Position numbers and translations under genes: made by a program. From Candidatus Poribacteria bacterium (lineage in GTDB: Bacteria > Poribacteria > WGA-4E > WGA-3G), in the NCBI GenBank assembly GCA_965214095.1, contig OZ243938.1:3008001-3072000 (forward strand): a stretch of 64,000 bases of DNA, read 5' to 3'. Below the pieces are notes generated by a model. It had not been told where the DNA came from and did no database searches. It worked only from the letters and a program-made list of their open reading frames with translations. The number at the start of each line of letters is the position of its first letter. Positions within the stretch are counted from its first letter, which is position 1. Of this stretch, positions 50,142-58,846 are shown in pieces.

Positions 50142-50914
50142 TTTAGTGTATATTCAATCAATTCTGATACGCCTTTATTATCCTCAATTTTGACAATACC
50201 AACATGTGGCGTGAACCAAATTATGTATATTTGAATGAAGGAATCTTCCTCTGAAAAAACTGTATGTGTTGTTTCAATCTGATATTCAATCTGATAAGTA
50301 TCCTCAAAACTACCAGCAGGGGTTTCGGTCAGACCTACGCCTAATACTTCAGCCGCAATATTTATCATGACTTCAAAAGGGATATGTAGAAGAGTGAGGT
50401 CTTGCAAGATAAGGTTACCTTGTATTTCTACATCAAATGCTTCCCAATTGAAATCTGGAGTTAGAGGTAGATGTAGAAATACTAAATCAGGATAAGATAT
50501 CTGCTCTGTGACAACCTTGATATCTAATCCTGCAAAATCATCTTGGACTGACTTTGGTAATTCAGTTTGAATATGTTGATCTATCTTGTCACTTACATTG
50601 AAAAGCAGGTTGTTTTGAGTAACTCGAAAGTATTTCGGTTTTAGAATATTGGTATCTGTTTCAAAATCGGTAGGTGTGTAATTGAAGGTCTGATAGTTAT
50701 TGTCTTGAATGTCTTTTCTGTCTGTAATTTCACGTGTCCATTCTTGTCCATCATCATTCCAATAAACCCATCTACTTCCGATAGAATCTGGAAAATAGTT
50801 CAGTTTCGTTTCAACAGGTTGAGGAATGTCATCCGACCCACATGAAAATAGCAGATATACGATGCAGAGTAATGGTAAAAAACGCCTCATCCTATTATGC
50901 GATTTATAGTTCAC
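50138..50914 (-). CDS. Hypothetical lipoprotein
   Basis: LFSC lipobox, NYFP...GSRWVY, ETPAGSF and WFTPHVGIVK. 4-bp overlap with the next gene. Confidence 0.75.
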   Translation of the reverse strand: MNYKSHNRMRRFLPLLCIVYLLFSCGSDDIPQPVETKLNYFPDSIGSRWVYWNDDGQEWTREITDRKDIQDNNYQTFNYTPTDFETDTNILKPKYFRVTQNNLLFNVSDKIDQHIQTELPKSVQDDFAGLDIKVVTEQISYPDLVFLHLPLTPDFNWEAFDVEIQGNLILQDLTLLHIPFEVMINIAAEVLGVGLTETPAGSFEDTYQIEYQIETTHTVFSEEDSFIQIYIIWFTPHVGIVKIEDNKGVSELIEYTLK

Positions 50915-50941
50915 TCCGTATTAAACCTGAGAAAATTGGTT

Positions 50942-50967
50942 GTAGGCGTGGATTTAACCACGCCTAT
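50942..50967. repeat. GTAG-type REP-like hairpin
   Basis: GTAGGCGTGG-ATTTAA-CCACGCCTA. Confidence 0.5.
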
Positions 50968-50978
50968 CGATATTTTGA

Positions 50979-52301
50979 TTATTCTTCTTCAGCCTTAACA
51001 TTCAGTGCTTCCACGATCATACTCTCTAACTTTTCGCCTCTGGCTTTGTGAGAGATGAGTTTGCCTTCCCTGTCAATAAGCCACATCGTAGGAATGGCAT
51101 AAATACCGTACTGACGTGAGACAGGACTTTTCCATCCTTCGCCGCTAAAGACTTGCCGCCAAGGAATTTCGTTCTCTTTTAGGTAATCGCGCAATCTATT
51201 TTCTTCTGTGTCAAGACTGATTCCAATGATATCAAATCCCTTGTCTTTATATGATTCATAGACCTTCTTGACATTTGGCATTTCTGCAATACACGGACCG
51301 CACCAGACAGCCCAGAAATCTACCAATACGACTTTCCCGCGATATGCTTCAATGGAAATAGGTTTACCTTCAAGGTCTGTTGCTTCAAAATCTGGGACCA
51401 TCTCTCCAAGGAACGCTAAACCCGGCACATACTTTTTCCGGTATTCAAATGCCAATTCCTCATTTCCGCGTAGTTTATGTATGTTCTCAAGCCGTTGTAA
51501 AACAATACGGTTCTTCGGCATCTTTTCTTCAAGTTCCTCATAGAGTTGAAGCTCCTCATCATGCCGATTCATATCTTTCAACATATCTCCAAGGTACCCA
51601 TAATGATACACGTTTTTTGAATCTATGACTGTTTTGTAACGCTCTATGAGTTTCTCAGCATCATCCATTTTATCAGTGCTGATATAGAGTTTAAGAAGTG
51701 TAGGGTAGCTGCTGAAGAAACGCGGATTGTTAGGCATTTTCTGGAAGCCATCTTCCAATGCACTGATTGCTTCTTCAACGTCTCCATAAATTTCTACCAA
51801 ATTATTCTGCCAATAATAATGTGCTTGATATACTTTATAACCAAAACTCAGGTTTATGATGTTTTCAATAGAATTTTTCTCGTTATGATGCATACAACGC
51901 ACAAGCGGAGTGATATCACCAAACATTTCATGTGTATCAAGTACCTGCGTTCTCTGCGCGGCGAGTAACTCGTGATTATAACTTACAGGTTGGTTTGGGT
52001 CTTGTGCGCGTGTGTAGAGAGCTTTACCAACATTCTTATCTGCTGGACAGATCAAAATGTTGGTATCATCTAAATGTTCCGTGAGAAGATCTGAGAGCCA
52101 TTCAGGATAATCTCCATTTTTCTCATGATATTCCTTTATGGCTTTGCCGATTGTTTGTAAGTTATGTTTGCAGGTTTCTGTATGTTTATCAACGTTTTCT
52201 TTCTGAACATCTTTTTTAGGTTCTTCTGCAATGACGATACCAGAGTTAATTAGTGCTATCATCAAACAGGTAAGTATGGTTAAAGTCAATTTTCTATGCA
52301 T
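50979..52301 (-). CDS. Exported TlpA/ResA-family thiol-disulfide oxidoreductase with TPR-like and pilin-like N-terminal regions
   Basis: GKVVLVDFWAVWCGPC, YGIYAIPT, signal peptide. Confidence 0.85.
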   Translation of the reverse strand: MHRKLTLTILTCLMIALINSGIVIAEEPKKDVQKENVDKHTETCKHNLQTIGKAIKEYHEKNGDYPEWLSDLLTEHLDDTNILICPADKNVGKALYTRAQDPNQPVSYNHELLAAQRTQVLDTHEMFGDITPLVRCMHHNEKNSIENIINLSFGYKVYQAHYYWQNNLVEIYGDVEEAISALEDGFQKMPNNPRFFSSYPTLLKLYISTDKMDDAEKLIERYKTVIDSKNVYHYGYLGDMLKDMNRHDEELQLYEELEEKMPKNRIVLQRLENIHKLRGNEELAFEYRKKYVPGLAFLGEMVPDFEATDLEGKPISIEAYRGKVVLVDFWAVWCGPCIAEMPNVKKVYESYKDKGFDIIGISLDTEENRLRDYLKENEIPWRQVFSGEGWKSPVSRQYGIYAIPTMWLIDREGKLISHKARGEKLESMIVEALNVKAEEE

Positions 52302-52473
52302 TTTTTTACTCCTAATTTCATTTTTTTATTTTGTTATTATAACCCAAGTTACTACCTACAAGATTATGGATATGAAGTCATTGCTTTTTATACAAAAATC
52401 GCATTTATACGACACTTCAGGCTTCCGCTCCAGCGGAGCGATATGTTTATAGCACGCTCAGTTTGCGTGTGCC

Positions 52474-52773
52474 CTATGTAGCTCTTAAAGTTACTTCCAA
52501 TTCATTTCCTTGGAAGTCAACATTTTTCTGTATATCATTTACGTCAACACGCGTCATTATTGTCATCCCCATATCTAGTACCCTAAGAATTTGCCGCAAC
52601 ATGTAACTAATATCTTCTTTTTTTACATCAACGAGGAATAAAACTTCACAATAAGACTCATCCGTATATTTGTAGAGCCGTTTGACAAGAGATTTAGTAA
52701 TCTTATCTAATCCTTCTTTCTTGATCGCATTAGGACCTACGATTATCCGAATCATATAATTACACTCCTTCAA
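52474..52773 (-). CDS. Small hypothetical protein
   Basis: ORF between two co-oriented genes. GAAGGAG lies upstream of the internal ATG (MIRIIVG), the likely true start. Confidence 0.55.
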   Translation of the reverse strand: MKECNYMIRIIVGPNAIKKEGLDKITKSLVKRLYKYTDESYCEVLFLVDVKKEDISYMLRQILRVLDMGMTIMTRVDVNDIQKNVDFQGNELEVTLRAT

Positions 52774-52852
52774 TATTCAAGCGATATTCAGCCAGCATCC
52801 CATAATCAATAGTACTGTCTGTTATATGTTAAATCATTCACCATAATGTTAT

Positions 52853-54217
52853 CTACGCAAACCCAATGTAACGTGCGATAAAGAATACTGCGAAATAGTG
52901 AACCAATGGGTTGACTTCCTTATGGCGTTTTGTAACGATTTTTAGTAAGGAAATAGAAATAAAACCGAATGCAATTCCATCGGTAATACTGAAAGATAAA
53001 GGCATCATAAACACGGTCAAGGCAGCAGGAATTGACTCAGTAAAATCGTCCCAATTGATATTGATTAGGTCTTTAAGCATAATACATCCGACAGCAATTA
53101 ATGCTGGTCCGATGATGGGATGGAGTGGAATTGTTTGTGTGGTAAGATTCCCATTGATTACTATAGAATGATTAAACTGAAATGCACCACCTACAAGTTC
53201 AATGAGCGGTGAGAAAAATAGAGCGAGTAACATCAAAAGACCAACGACAACTGAAGTAAGACCAGTTCTTCCTCCTTCAGCAATACCAGAAGCACTTTCA
53301 ATATAACAGGTCACTGTAGAAGTTCCGAGGCAAGCACCACCCACTGAACCAATTGCATCTGTCAAAAGAGCTTGACGTCCTTTAGATAGTTTTCCATCTT
53401 CAAGCAGATCAGCCTCATGGCCGGTTGCCGTGAGTGTGCCAATACTATCAAACATGTCTACAGAAAAGAAAACGAAAATGATAGGTATCAACTCTACTCT
53501 ACTGAAGATGTCGGGTAATTTTAATTGAAGAAACGTTTGACCTAAGGATGGAGGTGGAGAAACGACACCATTGAATTTTACAATTCCAAAAAGCAAAGAT
53601 AGCACAGTTGTCGCAAGAATGCCCATTAGAATGGCACCCTTTACTCTGTGTGCCATAAGGGTGAAAATAACAATAATACCGAAAATTGCTATCAGAACAG
53701 GCTTAGAATGGATATCACCGAGTGTGACAAATGTAGCACCGTGTGACGTGATGATTCCACTCATCTGCAAGCCAATGAACGCAATGAAGACACCGATGCC
53801 CACCGCAATTGCGTTGTGAAGTGAAGATGGTAAAGCATTCATCACTGCAGCACGTAGTCCAACGAATGATAGTATAACGAACAACATGCCTGATATGAAA
53901 ACGATACCTAATCCCTCTTGCCATGGTAGATTTAACCCAGCTGGACCGCAGACGGTAAAAACAAAATAGGCATTTATACCCATACCTGGTGCAAGAGCAA
54001 CAGGATAATTCGTCATGAACGCCATCAGTATCGTCGCGCCTGCGCTTGAAAGACAGGTCGCAACCATTACCGCACCGTCATCCATTCCTGCCATCTTCAA
54101 AAGTGCAGGTTGAACAAAGATGATGTAAGAGAGAGTCGTAAAAGTTGTAAAACCAGCAACTATCTCTCGTCTAACGGATGAACCGTTTTCCTTAATTTTA
54201 AATAATTTTTCTAACAT
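52853..54217 (-). CDS. NCS2-family (AzgA-like) purine permease
   Basis: REIVAGFTTF, ALAPGMGINAYF, YIESASGIAEGGRTGL. Confidence 0.92.
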   Translation of the reverse strand: MLEKLFKIKENGSSVRREIVAGFTTFTTLSYIIFVQPALLKMAGMDDGAVMVATCLSSAGATILMAFMTNYPVALAPGMGINAYFVFTVCGPAGLNLPWQEGLGIVFISGMLFVILSFVGLRAAVMNALPSSLHNAIAVGIGVFIAFIGLQMSGIITSHGATFVTLGDIHSKPVLIAIFGIIVIFTLMAHRVKGAILMGILATTVLSLLFGIVKFNGVVSPPPSLGQTFLQLKLPDIFSRVELIPIIFVFFSVDMFDSIGTLTATGHEADLLEDGKLSKGRQALLTDAIGSVGGACLGTSTVTCYIESASGIAEGGRTGLTSVVVGLLMLLALFFSPLIELVGGAFQFNHSIVINGNLTTQTIPLHPIIGPALIAVGCIMLKDLININWDDFTESIPAALTVFMMPLSFSITDGIAFGFISISLLKIVTKRHKEVNPLVHYFAVFFIARYIGFA

Positions 54218-54358
54218 CGTACCTATCCCCTATTAACGATGTGCCAATTCATAATCTCAATTATAAATTGCTCTTTCTGATTTTTTGCCGAAATTCACTA
54301 AGGATTCACAGTTTCGTAGATATAAACCTCCGATAAAGAAAATAGTGATCAATTATAT

Positions 54359-54593
54359 TATAGTAAAAACCATAATTATTTACACACGACGGTAGGTTCG
54401 GTTTCCTAACCGAACCGGTGTTTGTTCAGTGTCATAGATGCGGTTAGGAAACCGCATCTACCGAGGAGTGTGCACGTATTCTTACATTAATTATTTACAC
54501 ATGACGGTAGGTTCGGTTTCCTAACCGAACCGGTGTTTGTTCAGTATCATAGATGCGGTTAGGAAACCGCATCTACCGAGGAGTGTGCACGTA
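54359..54593. repeat. Family B element with two tandem 115-bp REP-doublet units (BIME/REPIN-like)
   Basis: Units start at 54374 and 54489. Each has GTAGGTTCGGTTTCCTAACCGAACC and an inverted TAGATGCGGTTAGGAAACCGCATCTAC. Confidence 0.85.
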
Positions 54594-54617
54594 ATTGGTA
54601 TTATTCATGAAATACCG

Positions 54618-54671
54618 TAGCGCACCTGTTAGTTTGCGTATTGATATGCACAAACTAACAGTTTACGCCAC
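54618..54671. repeat. REP-like pair downstream of pckG
   Basis: GTAGCGCACCTGTTAGTTTGCG...GCACAAACTAACAGTTTACGCCAC, related to the hairpin at about 39899. Confidence 0.5.
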
Positions 54672-54696
54672 ACAAGTATCAACTTAGATCAGTTCA

Positions 54697-56487
54697 TTAT
54701 TTCTGTCGTAGACGTGTTTCTAACGCCTCTAATTCTTCTCTTAACGCGTCAGGTAGTTTGTCCTCAAAACGTTCATAGTGTTCACGAATGGACTTAATTT
54801 CGTTTAGCCATTCGTCTTTATCCACGTTCAAGAGTTCATTCATCTGCTGCTCGGTTACATCAAGATCGGATGTATCAAGTGCATCAGGAGAAGGTAAATA
54901 ACCGATAGGTGTTTTGACAGCATCCGCTTTACCACTGATCCGTTCAACAATCCACTTCAGGACGCGACTATTTTCACCAAAACCAGGCCATAACCAACCA
55001 CCATCGGCATCTTTTCTAAACCAATTGACATAGAAAATTTTGGGGAGTTTGTCCGCATCGGATTTATTACCCATTTCTAACCAATGTGCAAAGTAGTCTC
55101 CCATGTTATATCCGCAGAAGGGAAGCATTGCCATCGGATCACGACGGAGTTCACCGACTGTACCTGCGGCGGCAGCAGTTCGTTCAGAAGAGGCAATTGA
55201 TCCGATGAATGTGCCATGTTGCCAATCAAATGCTTCAAAAACAAGCGGGACTGTGGCAGCACGTCGTCCACCAAATAGAATAGCTGAAATAGGCACACCA
55301 TTCGGATTTTCCCAATTCGGGTCTATGATAGGACATTGTGATGCAGGTGTTGTATAACGTGAATTCGGATGCGCTGCAGTCTTTTCATCACCGGGATGCC
55401 ATTCTTCTCCAAGCCAACTTGTAAGTGTTTCAGGCACTTCTTCGGTCATGTCCTCCCACCAGACATCTGTGTCTTCCGTAAGGGCAGCATTTGTAAAGAT
55501 AGAATTTGATGCAAGTGTGTGCATTGCATTTGGATTTGTATCCATAGACGTTCCAGGTCCAACACCGAAAAATCCAGCTTCAGGATTGATAGCATAGAGT
55601 CGTCCATCTTCACCAAACTTCATCCAGGCAATATCATCTCCAATAGTTTCAGCTTTCCAACCGGGTATAGTAGGTGTGAGCATTGCAAGGTTCGTTTTAC
55701 CACAAGCACTGGGAAATGCAGCAGCAATATAGGTTTTTTCACCTTCTGGGTTGGTCAATCCCAAAATAAGCATGTGTTCTGCCATCCAACCATCGTTTTT
55801 TGCCATAATTGAAGCGATGCGAAGGGCATAACATTTTTTACCGAGTAATGCATTACCGCCATATCCACTTCCATAAGACCAGATGGACCGTTCTTCAGGA
55901 AAATGAACTATATACTTATTGTCAGGATTACAGGGCCATGAAACATCTTCTTGTCCGGGTTCAAGTGGCATTCCTACAGAATGTAAGCACGGGACAAAAT
56001 CCCCATCTTCACCTAAAATGTCCAATACATCCTTACCCATGCGAGTCATAATCCGCATATTAACTACGACGTAAGGTGAATCGCTGATTTCCACACCGAT
56101 ATGAGATATAGGTGAACCGAGTGGCCCCATACTGAAAGGAACGACATACATCGTGCGTCCTTTCATGCATCCTTTAAATAATCCTTTTAAGGTTTCTTTC
56201 ATCTCATCTGGGTCGTGCCAGTTGTTTGTAGGTCCTGCTTCAGTCGGAGTTTTGGCGCATATATATGTTCTACCTTCTACACGGGCTACATCTGCCGGGT
56301 TAGAACGTGCAAGGTAACTTCCTGGACGTTTATCTGGGTTCAACCGTACAAATGTCCCATTCTGAACGAGTTCCTCACATAGACGGTCATTCTCTTCCTG
56401 AGAACCGTCGCACCAATAAATATCATCAGGTTGGCACAATTCTGCTGCTTCTTGTACCCAACTGAGCAGTTTACTATTGTTCGTCAT
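54697..56487 (-). CDS. pckG: Phosphoenolpyruvate carboxykinase (GTP)
   Basis: [47 protein letters not shown]. Confidence 0.97.
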   Translation of the reverse strand: MTNNSKLLSWVQEAAELCQPDDIYWCDGSQEENDRLCEELVQNGTFVRLNPDKRPGSYLARSNPADVARVEGRTYICAKTPTEAGPTNNWHDPDEMKETLKGLFKGCMKGRTMYVVPFSMGPLGSPISHIGVEISDSPYVVVNMRIMTRMGKDVLDILGEDGDFVPCLHSVGMPLEPGQEDVSWPCNPDNKYIVHFPEERSIWSYGSGYGGNALLGKKCYALRIASIMAKNDGWMAEHMLILGLTNPEGEKTYIAAAFPSACGKTNLAMLTPTIPGWKAETIGDDIAWMKFGEDGRLYAINPEAGFFGVGPGTSMDTNPNAMHTLASNSIFTNAALTEDTDVWWEDMTEEVPETLTSWLGEEWHPGDEKTAAHPNSRYTTPASQCPIIDPNWENPNGVPISAILFGGRRAATVPLVFEAFDWQHGTFIGSIASSERTAAAAGTVGELRRDPMAMLPFCGYNMGDYFAHWLEMGNKSDADKLPKIFYVNWFRKDADGGWLWPGFGENSRVLKWIVERISGKADAVKTPIGYLPSPDALDTSDLDVTEQQMNELLNVDKDEWLNEIKSIREHYERFEDKLPDALREELEALETRLRQK

Positions 56488-56659
56488 TCAATTCCTCCAT
56501 TGTTGTTAGTCAAACTATATTAGCAAATTTAAAGAAATGTTGCAATTTTTAAATTAAAGTTTGATGTTGCGTATATATAACCGTTTTCTACTTATTATGC
56601 TTATAATTCAAGACGTGTAATTGTTGGTAAAGTTGATATAATCATTCAAAGTTCAGGCA

Positions 56660-58531
56660 TCAAAACGATGCTCCTAACTTCACATGTATTTTGCCTCGTA
56701 ATGCTGAATCACCCGCTGCAAGACCGTAATCCAGTTGAATAATCCCACCTTTAGATTCCAGCCTTGCACCAAACCCGTATCCAATCCTTAATCTGTCAAA
56801 CTCAGAAGGTCGGTCGATGAATGTAACTGAACCTAAATCAAGAAATGTAAAGAATTGTGAATTGCGTCCCATTATGAATCTATATTCAAAGTTTGCATGT
56901 ACTCTGCGTGGACCTGAAAACCAATCTTCATCATATCCCCGTAAATTGCTTGCCCCTCCTAAATAAAAGAGTTCAGTGGGAGGAATGTTGACACCCCAAG
57001 CAGCTGCCCCGTGTAATTCAATAGCGATTATCTGATTTTCCCATGTTTGAAAGTACTGTTGAACGTCAAGCCAGATTTTGCGAAGTCTAAAATCACTTCT
57101 TGAAAGTTCAACTGCAAAACTATCACGTCTTCCACGCGTCGGATTCAGATAATAATCACGTGAATCTCTGGTCACCCTTAAGGTGATACTATACTTTGAT
57201 CCGCTTCCACTTTCTGTGGCAGGTATTCGGTCTACATCGGTAGGATGTGGTGGTACATTCAGCGGATCACCTATGTTTTGCGGAGGCAGTGTTGGTGTGA
57301 TATTTTCAAAATTTAGATACTTATATCCGAGTGTAACTTCACCTTCATAATATCTATCAAATTTGGAAAACCCGCTTAAGTTTGCTTCTTTTTCTTCAGA
57401 TTCGTCATCATTGAAGGGATTTCGTTGCTTAAGTTGACTGTATGCTACACCTAATGTAATAGGTCTTCCCAATATCCACGGTTCTTTATATCCAACTCGT
57501 AGTGCATTCAGTAGACCTGATTTCCAATGGAAATGGATATCTCGTCCAGTTCCTAATAGGTTTGTTTCACCGAATTCCAAAACACCTGTAAGTTGCGGAA
57601 CAGATTCTGAGCCTTCAACAGGAGGCGCATAACCGAGTACACCTATGAGTCGTCCCGTTCTTCCTTCCGTCACTTTGGCATGAAAGATGACCGTATTTTC
57701 AGTTGCTCCCTCCTCAATTAAAGTTGGATTGACATAGTGAAAATATCCTAAATTCCGCAGACGGTGATAGCTACCATCAATCTTTTTCTGGTCATAATCC
57801 TCATTGGCTTTTATCGGCATTTCTCGTATCACCACATGCTGCTTCGTTTTCTCAAGACCACTCACCTTCACATCACTAATTCTAACTTTTTCTCCTTCAC
57901 GTATATGCAAACTGAAATCTAAACTTCCATGCGTAGGTGAAAGATTTTGTATAGTCGGTTCAATCTCAACTTTGGGATGTCCATATTCACTGTATATCAT
58001 CTGAATCCGTTCAATACCTGTTTCAAGAGCCTCTTGTGTGAAGAACTGTCCTTTTCGTAAACCGAGTTCACGTAGTATTTTGGATTTTGAGAACAGTTGA
58101 TTACCTAAAATAGAGAAACTGCCAAAACGCAATCTTTTTCCTTCACGGATTTTCACCTCAATACCGATGCTAACATTGTTTGTTGAAGCAGGAGAGGATA
58201 ATGGAACAACTTGTGCGAACACGTAGCCATCTTTTCTGTATGCCATCGTGATACGTTCAAACCCATCACTGATTTCATTCCGAGAATATACTTTTTTCGG
58301 ATGCCAACCGAATAGATCGCGCAACTTCCTTTGATTGAAATGTTTATTTCCATCAAATTTGAGTTGGGATATGATGTAGATCGGAATTGAATCTTTGTTT
58401 TCTGTTTCGTTGGTAAGTGGTGTATCCTGTTGTGTTGCGTCAATGGCTGACACACTATTTGGTACTGATGCAAGAGCGAGAAATATGATGGAGAGGAATA
58501 AGTAGTATTTTCTGGATGGTTTTGTGTGCAT
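56660..58531 (-). CDS. Omp85 (BamA/TamA) family outer-membrane protein with POTRA domains
   Basis: POTRA-like repeats (F.GN..F, Y...GY), ETNLLGTG, FYLGGASNLRGY, terminal F. Confidence 0.9.
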   Translation of the reverse strand: MHTKPSRKYYLFLSIIFLALASVPNSVSAIDATQQDTPLTNETENKDSIPIYIISQLKFDGNKHFNQRKLRDLFGWHPKKVYSRNEISDGFERITMAYRKDGYVFAQVVPLSSPASTNNVSIGIEVKIREGKRLRFGSFSILGNQLFSKSKILRELGLRKGQFFTQEALETGIERIQMIYSEYGHPKVEIEPTIQNLSPTHGSLDFSLHIREGEKVRISDVKVSGLEKTKQHVVIREMPIKANEDYDQKKIDGSYHRLRNLGYFHYVNPTLIEEGATENTVIFHAKVTEGRTGRLIGVLGYAPPVEGSESVPQLTGVLEFGETNLLGTGRDIHFHWKSGLLNALRVGYKEPWILGRPITLGVAYSQLKQRNPFNDDESEEKEANLSGFSKFDRYYEGEVTLGYKYLNFENITPTLPPQNIGDPLNVPPHPTDVDRIPATESGSGSKYSITLRVTRDSRDYYLNPTRGRRDSFAVELSRSDFRLRKIWLDVQQYFQTWENQIIAIELHGAAAWGVNIPPTELFYLGGASNLRGYDEDWFSGPRRVHANFEYRFIMGRNSQFFTFLDLGSVTFIDRPSEFDRLRIGYGFGARLESKGGIIQLDYGLAAGDSALRGKIHVKLGASF

Positions 58532-58846
58532 GTGTTGTCAACCGATGATGGGATTATAGGATATTTTAACATGCACGATGTGATAAATGCAAATGGCTGC
58601 TATATTTAATGTCAGGGTTATTTTGTTTTAGGATTTTTGTTTAATATTATTCATAAACGTTAAATTCATTATGGGTTTGTATTCCTTATTTGTCTGAACC
58701 AGGATTTTCAGGATTAGTAGATTTTCAGGATTATGAGTTTGGCTCTGCAAAGTTCCTATTCCCAATTTGACGTTTATTTTCTGGATAGCACTTTGATGTT
58801 TAGTCCCGTAGGGACGGCATCTGTATAGGGAATATTAACTACCGAT

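Noticed and set aside
54218-54358. Purine riboswitch upstream of the NCS2 permease
   Set aside because: No recognisable aptamer consensus by eye. An Rfam scan would be needed to exclude it.
54359-54671. Possible CRISPR array
   Set aside because: Only two 115-bp units with near-identical 'spacers', GTAG hairpins and no cas genes. REP/BIME-like instead.
56660-58531. Omp85 as a two-partner secretion transporter for the giant proteins
   Set aside because: It is 17 kb away among housekeeping genes, and the cargo lack a recognisable TPS domain. No evidence of linkage.
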